A stretch of 64,000 nt of DNA from Macrostomum lignano (GCA_002269645.1 NIVC01002658.1:88027-152026), one strand, 5' to 3'; numbered from the stretch's first letter, positions 52,501-63,747 are shown. The notes: generated from the letters alone by a model not told the origin. Numbers and translations are program-made.

Positions 52501-55500
52501 ACCCCGGTCGGCAGATGCGGCACCAGGCGATGGACTCGGCGGCTGTCATGCGGTAATGCTTCATCAGGTAACAGGCGATTAGGGTGCCGGTGCGGCCCAG
52601 TCCGGCCTTGCAGTGGACTGCAACGGCGCCCTGCGTCTCCTCTGAGATGCGCAGGAACTCCTGCATGATGTCATCGGTGGGACAGGAGCCGTCAACAAAG
52701 AACAAATCGTAGTGCCGAAAGCCGGCCGCCGTGAACCGTTTGGCATCGTAGAGGCGCATGTTCAGCCGCACTACTGTGGTGACGCCGTGCTTGCGAAAGT
52801 AAGGAAAATACGCCTCCGGCGTGTGCAGCGGATAGCCGTCCCGCAGGCTGCTCTGCTCGTGTGGGCCGCAGAAGGCGATAAATTTGCCGGGAATGATCCA
52901 GTTCAGGTCGCCGTTCTCAACTTGCTGAAATGGGTTGATTGCCGTACATTATTGCACACTGACAGCGGTGACAGACTGGGATAGAGCACACTGACAGCGG
53001 TGACAGACTGGGATAGAGCACACTGACAGCGGTGACAGACTGGGATAGAGCACACTGACAGCGGTGACAGACTGGGATAGAGCACACTGATAGCTGTGAC
53101 AGACTGGGATAGAGCACACTGATAGCTGTGACAGACTGGGATAGAGCACACTGACAGCGGTGACAGACTGGGATAGAGCACACTGACAGCGGTGACAGAC
53201 TGGGATAGAGCACACTGATAGCTGTGACAGACTGGGATAGAGCACACTGACAGCGGTGACAGACTGGGATAGAGCACACTGATAGCTGTGACAGACTGGG
53301 ATAGAGCACACTGACAGCGGTGACAGACTGGGATAGAGCACACTGACAGCGGTGACAGACTGGGATAGAGCACACTGACAGCGGTGACAGACTGGGATAG
53401 AGCACACTGACAGCGGTGACAGACTGGGATAGAGCACACTGATAGCTGTGACAGACTGGGATCGCCTCAAACGCGACTAACTTACCTCATAGTGCTCGTA
53501 TTCTTCAACGTTGAAATTTTCAAAGTTAAAAAAGCCGTGTAGAAGAGCTTTGCTAACCGCGTGCAGGCAGTCCAGCAGGGTCAAATTGTACGTGCAAATG
53601 CCGTAGCTGGCGTCCCGGAACGGCAGATAGTGCAGGCCGGAGCCGCCAACCAGAGGCATGTAGGCCTCTTCCGGTGTTTTCTTCAGGTAGATAATCTAAA
53701 TTAATTGCGTTAGGGTTTCGCAGTACTCAGCTGGATAGAAGTGTGGATTATGACTTGGGTTGCATAGCCAGCAGTTGAAATCTGATCACTTCCTCCAAAA
53801 GGCCGAATAAGCAGTGAGAAATTTGATGAAGGACAGAGTGAACTGTATATACTTGTGGCTAGAAATTGGTTTACTTTTAAATTTCGACCCGAAAGACATT
53901 CAAAAACGATCGATAAAAGCCTGTTTTAAACAAATATTTCTATCGGTATTTTTTGTGCCTGTAGAATATTAACAATACACAATATATATAGTATCTTCAA
54001 CACTACAGCACAGACAAGAGAGCACTAGCGAGTTGGAACCGAACACTGGAAGGGGTGTGGCAGCTGTTTTCTTTCTGGCCATTCGGGAAGAAAGAAAGAA
54101 TTGCAAAAGCAGACTAGAAGAACTAGGAGGCTACGGGAGCAGGAATGAACCACACGAGACCAGAGCAAGTATGAAAATTCAATATCTCTAAAGTGTCATT
54201 TGCATACCTGATAAGCTCCGACCAAGAAGGCAGCGTTAGCTCTCTTCTTAGGATTGACGCACGTGTAGTGCACTATTCGCTTCTTGGACAGGGAGAACGA
54301 TTTGAACTTCTTGTTGAGCCTGCAGCAGTACTTGTACAGCATGGCCAGGTTGAGCGGCCCGAAATCTGCGTAGAAGCTGAAATGCGGGGCGCATCGGGTG
54401 CACTAAAATACCACTAACCACCTGCAAGTTGCGATGCAAGCTACTATTGCATGCAGAAGCACAAATATCTGACAATGGCCTGGGTATTGGCAGTAATAAT
54501 ATTTAATAACAATAATAACTTATTACACCTGCCCACCCTCAATTACCCCAGCTAATGCTGGCACCCATTTTACAGCTGGGTGAACTGAAGCAATGCAGAG
54601 TCAAGTGTCTTGCTCAATTACACATTGTTCCAGTGGGAGCGGGAATCGAACCCCCGACCTTAAAAGCTGTGAGTCTGACACTCTAACCACTAGGCTGCAA
54701 TCCCGAATCTTAAGAGCAATGGCAGTATAACTGAGGAAGTTGGGTAATGGCAATGTACTGATACCTGAGCAAGTGAGTAGCTGCAATGTACTGATACCTG
54801 AGTAAGTGAGTAGCTGCAATGTACTGATACCTGAGTAAGTGAGTAGCTGCAATGTACTGATACCTGAGTAAGTGAGTAGCTGCAATGTACTGATACCTGA
54901 GTAAGTGAGTAGCTGCAATGTACTGATACCTGAGTAAGTGAGTAGCTGCAATGTACTGATACCTGAGTAAGTGAGTAGTCGCAGTCTACTAATTGTTAAT
55001 GCTGACTAAATTTACTTACTTGGCATACACCAGCTCATCATCAATGGAGAAGTAATGTGTGCTGTTGGTGCTCTTTGGAGTTGTCTGCAGAGTAGCAAAG
55101 TAAAATCGATCTAAAAATGTAAAATAAGATTAGCAAATCAGTTAGACAATTCAAAATACTTTCAAAATAATAAATTTCTTAAAAGTACTCGCCTATAGAC
55201 ATTCAAAAGCTAAGCAAATTTATTAAAATATCTGAAATATCCGATCTTTTTGGCTATTTGAAACAAAAAATTATTGTTGAATAACTCTATTGTTTCTTTA
55301 AAGGGGCTAAGGTTACTAATATTAAACTAAAGATAACAATCATAAGCCAATATATAGTAAAGGATTTTTAGTATATAGGATATTTAGATTAGAATTTTTT
55401 ATTTTAATAAAAGTTTTATTGCTATTTTCCTAATTATTAAACTATTAGATAGCAATTTATAATTCACTAGTATAAAAAAATATATACAAAGCAATTAATT

Positions 55501-56969
55501 GCAAATGTTTATAAAAATGCACATGCTAATAACAATGTCACAGTTAATTTTTTCATTTATAATCACTATAACTATAACTATTAAGCAGCAAGCCTATTTC
55601 TTATAGATAAGATATATATAGAAAAATAGCAAATAGCTTTCATAAGACCATAAAAAGTAGATACATATTGAAATGAGTAGCTTAATGATAAAAGTATATA
55701 TTCACAATCTACATTGATTAAGGCTCTAGCTTATCTAGTTGTCTCTAATTTAAATTCTTTAAAAGCAAAATATAACCTCTAATATTTTAAACCAAATTTT
55801 TATGCTAAAAGACAATTTAATAATAGACAATTTGGTAATGGATAATTCAGTGACACTCAAACAAAGATAGTTTTTTTTTAATTTTTAATCATATGTTTTA
55901 AAAGGCTTTTGTCAATTTTATATTGCCTAACTCTCATAAAACTTGGTCTCAACCAATAAATGAATATAATTATGGCTAATTTTAAAGTATTATATTTTAA
56001 AATATAATGTTCTAGGCATTGTTTATTATTAAAATGACAATTTTATTGTTTAATTTATTAATTATATAGAATAGAATAAGGCTAAAGAGTTGCAACAAGC
56101 AATATAAAAATATAAGGTACAATTTGAACTTTCATCACAATGCCATAGGGCACTAGGTTTTTTTGTGCAATAAGGATGCCAAATCATATCTTAAAATTAG
56201 ACCTTGGATATTATTTTGCATTCTAGTTTGCATTTGCATTCAGATAGGGTATATTTTCCTTTTATATAATTTATTTGTCTAATATATTAATAAATTCTAT
56301 TATTACCAAATGTTTAATCCTTTAAATACTTGTCATTAGATTTATCACATACTCATATATCTTATATTACATACTATTAATATATATCTAAATTTATAGC
56401 ATAAATAACATGATATAGACTTAAGCTTAATACTTAGCCAACTAAGCCATATGGTAATTGGTTGTTTTACCCCTAAACCATTTTGGCCTTATGTTTTGCC
56501 CCTAGACCATTTTGCCCATAGACAATTTTGCCCATAGACCATTTTGCTCCTAAGCCAATTTAGTCACAATAGTTTAGCCAAGGTTGAGGCAAATGCCTAG
56601 ACTTGCAGAAAGTTGACAGATTTTTTTCTTGAAACTTTTTATGAAATGCTATATGTCTTTAGATTATCATTAGCAAATTTATTATTAATTTCAATCACAA
56701 CTCACAAATTGTATTATAATTATAAAGAAAAATGGCTTTGATTATTATGTAGTTTATTGCAAGTATGCTCCTAGAAAAATAATAACATTAACAATACTTT
56801 TATGATCGAGCAGCAAATTGTACTTGTGTCGCAGCATTTATATCATATTAGACCTAAAGTGCAGGTTATAAATGACAATTTGAATTTTACACTTACCTTT
56901 TATAATTTCAGCTGCACTGACAACTACTGATGACAAAGATTCGTCATCATTAAAGATTCCTTCTTTCAT
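49519..56969 (-). CDS. CDC14: Dual-specificity protein phosphatase CDC14, ~521-536 aa. Exons: 56969-56897, 55110-55020, 54376-54208, 53695-53486, 52924-51906 (or to stop at 51902), putative last exon 49567-49519
   Basis: AAEIIK|DRFYFATL...[12 protein letters not shown]|[24 protein letters not shown]...[12 protein letters not shown]|...PFRDASYG...EEYEHYE|[21 protein letters not shown]...[12 protein letters not shown]...[24 protein letters not shown]. Phases are consistent. The catalytic HCxxGxGR motif is intact. The last 49-nt exon is less certain. Confidence 0.95.
49795..50515. repeat. 23-bp monomer satellite with a 69-bp (3-mer) higher-order block
   Basis: GAGACGGTT recurs at 49957 and 50026 (period 69). 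Monomer CTCATGGTGATCTAGAGACGATT. Confidence 0.88.
51465..51848. repeat. 19-23-bp minisatellite (GGGCGCCAACCTCAGAGACACAA)
   Basis: Direct tandem repetition. Confidence 0.92.
52956..53462. repeat. 32-bp minisatellite (GACAGACTGGGATAGAGCACACTGACAGCGGT) filling a CDC14 intron
   Basis: Period 32 (52961 and 52993), ~16 copies. Confidence 0.95.
54493..54704 (-). mobile_element. tRNA-derived SINE with CORE/V-like central domain
   Basis: Minus strand: A-box GCAGCCTAGTGGTTAGAG, B-box GGGTTCGATTCCC, then TTGAGCAAGACACTTGA...CAGTTCACCCAGCTGTAAAATGGGTGCC (resembles CORE consensus), then an AT-rich tail. Confidence 0.8.
54750..54978. repeat. 33-bp minisatellite (GCAATGTACTGATACCTGAGTAAGTGAGTAGCT) in CDC14 intron
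   Basis: Period 33 (54783 and 54816). Confidence 0.93.
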
Positions 56970-57968
56970 CGAAAACTCTCTTGTTGGTCGAACCTGCTTA
57001 ACCCCTGTAAAATTTATACAAGAAGTCTTAAAAATCTAAATAAATTTAATTGTCTTTTAATAAAATCTGCATGAAATCGGCAGTGCAGGTGCAAACTACA
57101 AAATGTTAGTAGGAATGAATAAATATAATACAATATATGTTATATATCTAAATATATATATCTTCGACTTAAGACTTATTCTCTAGCTCTAGACCATATA
57201 CATCAATTACAATCTCTTTAATTCTAAATTTGAAACAAATTTAAATTTCGCGAAAATAGGAACATCGGCGTCCAAAGCGATAATTGAAGTATAACAATTT
57301 AACTTTTTCATTAGACTAATCCATATACTAAAAATAGAGCTACTAAAAAAGCCGATAGCTTTTTGCTTATTTATATATTCCTTACAGATTGTGTTGGTTC
57401 TGTGATGAATAGTACGCAAAGCATATGTACGTGTGTGCATTTCTGCTCTTCTAACTCCTTGGTTTTTGGATTTGACGAAAAAGAAACCGACTGGATGGTG
57501 TTGAAATTCAATTTATTTAATATATCTTTGTAGTGACAAACCTGAAAAACCAGCAAATCTCATTCTTCTGTATTCTTCTGTTTCTACATATATAATATTC
57601 ATATGAAGTTACTCATTGTTGTAGATGCATGTCGATACACATGATATATGTGCACATGCGCAGCAAAAGACGAAAGTAAATAGATTTGAGTTTTCTTTGG
57701 TCCGTACATGTAATAAAGGATGATTAGTATAACGTATATACTTACTTAAAGTAGTCCTTCATGCTGTGATACCGTACCGCGGATATATGTGCATTAAATT
57801 CCAAAACATATATACGTGGTCCTTGTCGCAAGCTTGCGTAAATCGATGCATTATACGCAGGTAGTCACAGGTAAGCTACGACTCGTCTCAATGTTGTAGT
57901 GTCTCTGTCTATTAGAACTCGCAATGCAGCAACACTTCGCGAGAATTTTTTCTATGGTACTTACTTTT

Positions 57969-58220
57969 GCGAAATCGCCCATCATAAACCCGAAATATCA
58001 CAAACTCGAAATATCATAACTCCGAAAGTTCTAGCAATGTCCAACCCTATTTTGGCTTTCGGAGTTGTGATTTTTCGGGTTTATGATATTTCGGGTTTAT
58101 GATGGGCGTTGCTAACACTTTCGGAGTTATGATGATATTTCGGGTTTGTGATTTTTCAGCGCTAATGAGCAATGCTATTTTGGCTTTCGGAGTTGTGATT
58201 TTTCGGGTTTATGATGGCGA
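57969..58220. mobile_element. Palindromic MITE-like element built from 16-17-bp subterminal repeats
   Basis: TCGCCCATCATAAACCCGAAA at the left is inverted as TTTCGGGTTTATGATGG(G)CG at ~58092-58108 and ~58201-58220. Confidence 0.7.
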
Positions 58221-58330
58221 CCCCACTCGTCCAACCCCTCTTTCTTCTCCACTCAACCCCCTTTAGTTGAATTTACTCGTTACCCGTATAACCGTTTGGG
58301 CCCTGCGCCCCACTTACCAACCGTTTCTTC

Positions 58331-60243
58331 GCTCGCACGGACGTATTCAGCATGCCAGTGAAGTATGAGACAGACCAGGCCTATGGGCTAAGGTCTGCGA
58401 TGCTCCACGCCTGCCCCTATCTTCAGCAGGTAAAGGCTGGTGGGAGGTCTGCACCCTCTATTTGCCGCTGGCAGCCGCAGACCCCTTCCCACGTAGTTTC
58501 GCAAGCCGACCCAGGGGTACCCGTCCCCGCGAGTGTTCAAGGCAGACCCTAGGGCTGCCGGACTGACTAGGCTCCGGCGCTGGGAACCCATCTAGTGGCT
58601 TTTGCCGAACTAGGGTATGCAGGTTTGGCTCGCCAGTCCGCAGGCCGTGGTACTGCTCAACGTACCCTCTAATGCCTAAGGTGTTCGACCGTGCCGAGGG
58701 TTGGAAGGCCGGGGAGTAGTCCGGTTGCTAGCGGTCCCCCTCCTGGTGTCGGGCCAGCCTTGAGGGTTCTTTTGGCCTACTTCCGGTCAGGTGGAGCAGC
58801 CGGGTGGGTACCGCTCCCCTTTGAGGGTAGCCTACCAACCTTTATCATGGCCTTCGAGCCGACTATGGATAATCAAGCTAATTCTAGGGACGGGGACCCT
58901 TCTAAACCCCAACCTCAGTCCGACGGACCGGCCGGCCCTGCTGGCAGATCCCAACCGACTGATTCAACTGTGGCAAAGGAGGACCGGCTGGCTCTGCTGG
59001 CAGATCCGACCAGAGAGCTACCAAAACCAAAGTACCCAAAGACCTGCCAGCTCTACTGGTGGATCTAAGGGAACCGCGGGCTCTGAACCTAAAGGACCGG
59101 CCAAATCTGGCAGATCCGACGAAGCTCAGCGGGCTCGGCTTGAGCGCAAACGCGCTAAGCAACGCGCCAAAAGGCAGGCCAAGAAGGGAGCCGCGGGGGC
59201 AAAGTGGCGGCGTCCACCATGGATGCTGAAGCGACTGGCGTCCCAAGGCAACCAGACGGGCCGGCCGGTGGAAGCTCCAGTAGTTCGCCAGGGCGCTCCC
59301 TGGAGATGCTGCTGCGGCTGCTGAGGCCGAAACCATGGCGCAACAAATAGCCACTGCCAACAAGGAGGTTCCTTCGGGAGCTACCTTTGCGGCGAAGGCC
59401 AAGGCCAAAATCCCGGGAGTGATCATTCAAGGTCGCGACCAGGACTGGACCACTGGTCAGCTTCAAAATGTGTGGAGTGCTATTGACTCCTATCTGATTG
59501 AGCTGACTGTCGAGGAGGGAATCTCCATTGGCATTGAGCGGATGGTGCTGCGAAGCACATTCGTTCTTATTGCTCCCAGCAGTGAGGAGGACGCTCAGCA
59601 GCTGCTCCAGCGGCTGACGACGGTCTCCTTGGATGCTGACCTCGGTGGAGCCCTTTTTCTTCGCGAAGGCCAGCGTCCAAAGAGTCCCTACGTGGTTTTT
59701 GTCCCCGCAAAGAGCACCGCAGCTGGAACAAACGTTATCCTGGCTGTGTCATCGACTCGCGAATCAAAGCGTGGATCAGGACCCAGCACCGCTCGACTTG
59801 GGCGAACTACACTACCTGCATGCAATCCAGAGGCACTGTCCCTCAGCCCTCTCACCAGCTCCGCAAGCTAGTCCTGCGCCTCTCGAGCAGCGACATCCGG
59901 GCTGCCACCATGACCCTCTCAGGTCACGGCTGCTTCTGTCAGCATCTGTCCCGCCTTTACGCGAGCCAGACTCACTTACCTCGGGCCACACACATCTATT
60001 ACTGAAGCGTGCAAACCCGAAAACTTTAATTAGCTCATGCGCTACATGTACCTCTGGGCCCCCGCAGGGCTGAACTCTCCTTTCCAGAGAGCACCATAGC
60101 TGCTGGCGACAGTAGGGGACCTCCCTGGGCGGCGCCAACCCTTCGTCCATAGCGACGCATCGGCCGTTTAGGGATTAGCGGAATGGGCGTTCGTGCCTTC
60201 CCGCTGTGTCCCCCGGGACAGCCCTGCAGCTACGTCAAGTAAG
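58331..60243 (+). mobile_element. Internally deleted non-LTR retrotransposon (R1/LOA-like by inference): 5'UTR, frameshifted ORF1 part, ORF2 C-terminus, 3'UTR
   Basis: 11-bp TSD ACCGTTTCTTC at 58320-58330 and 60244-60254. ORF1-like pieces from ATG 58847 (RARLERKRAKQRAKRQAKK; TFAAKAKAK). From 59748: IKAWIRTQHRSTWANYTTCMQSRGTVPQPSHQLRKLVLRLSSSDIRAATMTLSGHGCFCQHL, resembling the post-RNase H C-terminus of R1/LOA ORF2. CAAGTAAG 3' end. No endonuclease or RT domain. Confidence 0.8.
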
Positions 60244-61658
60244 ACCGTTTCTTCAATTCTAGCTAAATAACACTATAGCTAATTTCTATTATTTTTCTCT
60301 CGAATTACGCTGCTTCTACAGAAGATACTAGCTGCGTGCCGAACATTTTTCCTTTCCAGGCTCAAATTATTCAATGACCTGTACAGATTTCATCAATTGT
60401 AAGTAGAAGCACTTACCCTCTCAGATTCAGGCTATCAATCTTTGGCTTATTATAGTTCTCAGCTGTGGCCTTGACATCAGGGTGATTACTCAAAGCCTAA
60501 GACAGTCTCTCTGTAGATGCCTAACACTCGGGGAATTGCTGATTTTGTTATTATAGTCTGCAGGAACTTGTAGGAAGCAGGATGGACTGTGGTGCTGCAG
60601 AAGGCATGAAGATGCGAGTATCTCACTAAAATACGCCAGATTTTCATTTTTTAAGTTCGAAAGCCTTATTAGCTGCTCAATAAGACAATTTAGCTTTGCA
60701 AAAACAGCCTCTTCAGCTGAGGTGTCCGAATCTTTGTAGCTCTTGGCTTACAGCCTAGCTGGCATTGGAATGACATGTCTTCAAAAAGGAAGCCGAGTGT
60801 CACTCACTGTGGTGAGCGAAGCCAAGGACCACTAGAAGTTACCGTTGTGAGTTACAAAATCGGTCGTGAGTTACAACGGTAACTTCTAGTGGTCCTTTAG
60901 CGAAGCAACAACCAAAGAGGCTTCCTGGAACTGCGTAACATGAAAAATCGACCTATAAAAAACGACCTATACTCTCGTATACGAACTAAGCATAATTATC
61001 GATAGTATTTTATAATTAACAAAGCAATTTAAGCAATCAAAAGCAGGTGCATGTATACATGTAGATCTAGAAGCGGGTAAACCATCTCGATGGTTGCTTT
61101 GAGATGAGTTGGAATCAGTGACCAAATTCGGCTGGCCTTCTGTTAGCTAACCAAACCCCGGGCCAATGTTACACACACCCACGCAAGCCCACATTTTCAG
61201 CTGAAGTGGCCGGCCCGTCTCCCTTCGAATCAGTTTAGGACTGTATCGACTGTTTGCCCACTGCGCCCATCCCTCATAAGTCAACTGATCGCGTTAGATT
61301 GGCCCATGGCCCAGGCCCAAGATGCCATTTTATAATCGGCCCTCCGTGGCCACGATTCTTCCTCTCCCACTTACCTGCCCGAGCCTCAGTCAAGGTCAGA
61401 GCCGTCTAATAATTATTGCCTGTCAGGTTCTTTGGAAATTCAATCAGCTCTCCGGTTTTAGGTCACCACCGTAAGTTGTATTTTAACCTCTTCTGGGCCA
61501 GGGTCCAACTCTTACCTGCTGGTGCACCTTGCAATCTGGGTCAATCCAAACATGCACACCAGTCATTCGAGTCGTTTAGGACTTATGATTGTACGTGTAT
61601 ACAACATCTCACCTGTTTCCACCAACCCACAAAAAATCCAGAAGTGATTGCGCAAGTC

Positions 61659-61949
61659 ATGCACCCAGTCTCTGCCGTTGCCTCATCGTCCGCCATCCTG
61701 ACTGTCAGCTACCTGGCCCTGCTGATCTGCTCCGCTGTCGCTGGCGTCAACGCTGATTCGACGATCGACGCCACTCGCCGATCCTGGGATGACGGGCCCG
61801 GCCTGTCGCTTCGGTCGGCGGACTTCGATATGACTTCCGGCTATCCGGCCATCGGCAAACGCCTAGCCGCTGTCCGCTTTGCCCACTACTACGTCGACCA
61901 CGACGTCGACGAGGTTGGCATGAGTCCCGAAGCTGCACGCCATCAGTGA
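61659..61949 (+). CDS. Putative neuropeptide precursor (96 aa as read): signal peptide, RR/R/KR sites, amidated peptide ending GYPAI-NH2
   Basis: MHPVSAVASSSAILTVSYLALLICSAVAGVNA|DSTIDAT-RR-SWDDGPGLSL-R-SADFDMTSGYPAI-G-KR-.... GC3-rich codons. 3' end ambiguous. Confidence 0.65.
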   Translation: MHPVSAVASSSAILTVSYLALLICSAVAGVNADSTIDATRRSWDDGPGLSLRSADFDMTSGYPAIGKRLAAVRFAHYYVDHDVDEVGMSPEAARHQ

Positions 61950-62592
61950 GTCGTCGGGAATATCAACAGCTTCGAAGCGCAGTGGTCCAGCTGGCCCAGC
62001 GTCTGCTTGATAATCCGCGGCGGCAGCGGCTGATGCGACAGCGACATTTGTGGCAACCGACTGAGGCTCGGTTGTCAACCTGCTGCTGTCGCGAGGCGGT
62101 AGGCGCACTTAAGCCGGCCAACTGGGTCCAGGGGCATCTCGTCTGACTGGATGAAGAATTCATTTTATCACATTCACTTTGGGTCCGCTATTTTGCCGTC
62201 GGCTTATTAATAGCTGGAAAGAAATCCTCAGCAAGTTTGCTACTGGCCATCCAGAGGATCCTAGCAGGTACCCATCACAAATAATGGCGGACAGGTACAA
62301 AATACTTTAGATTACGCTAGAAAAAGATCAGGGTACTAAGGTAGTTTTGCGAGTTGTTACAAAGCACATTGGGCCGCCGATGACGAGAAGCAGACATCGC
62401 CGATTGTGCGTCTTTGTCTTGACAAACCTTCTTTGCAAATATACGTTCACAACTACAGCACGAATTACTTCAGTTCCGACTGACGCAGCTGTACTCAACC
62501 AAATGTGTTCGACACTTATTTTTACAATTGTTCTTCTGAAAGATAATTACAAAACGGAAATACTCCGCGAAACCCACAAACCCAAGGACATG

Positions 62593-63747
62593 CGCGCCGG
62601 CTGTCCGGAAATTCGTGAGAATGTGTCAATCGAGCAAGAAAGAAGCAAGCTGTTGACATGGTGCACAGATAATTTCAATATTAGACTCATACTAGCAATC
62701 AGCGCCCCCGTTGGGGAGCCATAATGCAGTACAAGTTTTTTAATAAACTACATGTTGCGTCTCTTTGCAATATACCTCAGCAGGCCCTTGTAAGCCTTGA
62801 CATGTCAGCAATTCCCCCCACAAGCCTCGCATGGGAAAAAACGCGAGCGTAAAAAAGTGCCCGGAAAATAGTGTGCTTTACCTCATATAGAGCATTTATA
62901 TATATCCCATAGACAATTGGTTGAAAAATGAAGCTCACAACTTGACTAACTGCTTGGAATAGGGGCAATATAAGGCTCACACCATGCTCTATGCGCTCAA
63001 TAACCAACGCAACGCAGTGATCAAGATTGCAAATTTTGACAGGCATTTCTTCAAAATGGAAGACTTCTAGACTTATGCCAATGCTAGATACAGTCCTGGA
63101 ATCTGCGTTATCAGTTGTCATGACGAGCTACTCAAAGTTTTTGGAGTTGCGGCACCAGTCAGTCAACGGTTTACAGATGGTACTTAGAGTTCCGTGATGA
63201 AGCAGTTCCCCTGGCCTCAGCTCCTCGGAGCTCTTGTTGAAGAGGATTCAAAAGTTTATATCAGAGACCTCGTTGAATTTTTGGAATTTAGAAGAACAAC
63301 AGTGCACAAAATTTTGACGGAGAATTTGCACCTTCAAAAAGTTTCTGCTGTCTGGGTTCCGCACGCCTCTCTCGAGGAGAAAAAGTTCGCAGGCTTTTTT
63401 ACAACGAGGGCATGGAAAAAACTTTTTTGGCAAGTAAGAGGTGGAAGATGAGACATGGGTGCACCTGAACGACACTGGCACAAAGTAAAAAACAGGTGCT
63501 GGCTTAGCCAAGGGGATCATCGACCACATTCAGCGACCACAAGGAAGTTCGAGAAGCTGCGTTGCAGTGGGCAAGAGGCCTTGACGAAGATTGCTTGAAA
63601 GAGAGGTTCAGCGACTCGTTGACCATTGCCAAGCTGTAATCAACACAAGGGCGGGAGATCATATTACCAACTAGTAACTGTTACTGTTTTCGACAGTTCT
63701 GACTGCTTTTTAAGATACATTCTCACGACTTTCCGGACAGCCGGGCG
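62593..63747 (+). mobile_element. Defective mariner (Tc1/mariner) transposon
   Basis: TIRs CCGGCTGTCCGGAAA(T/G)TCGTGAGAATGT at both ends, TA after the right end. Transposase remnants HDELLKVFG..TVYRWY, TVHKILTENLHLQKVSAVWVPH, DETWVH, then a jump to C-terminal EVREAALQW...QRLVDHC. Contains frameshifts and an internal deletion. Confidence 0.88.

Noticed and set aside
54630-54704. Functional tRNA gene
   Set aside because: The anticodon and acceptor stems do not pair, and it continues into a SINE body and tail.
58331-58846. HDV-like or hammerhead ribozyme in the LINE 5'UTR
   Set aside because: Hairpins are present, but I could not fit the nested pseudoknot or the CUGAUGA/GAAA core by eye. A covariance-model search would be needed.
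60417-60500. Minus-strand exon-like segment ending in GG|GTAAGT (ALSNHPDVKATAENYNKPK...)
   Set aside because: Its phase is incompatible with a coding join to the CDC14 first exon. It may be a 5'UTR exon but cannot be supported.
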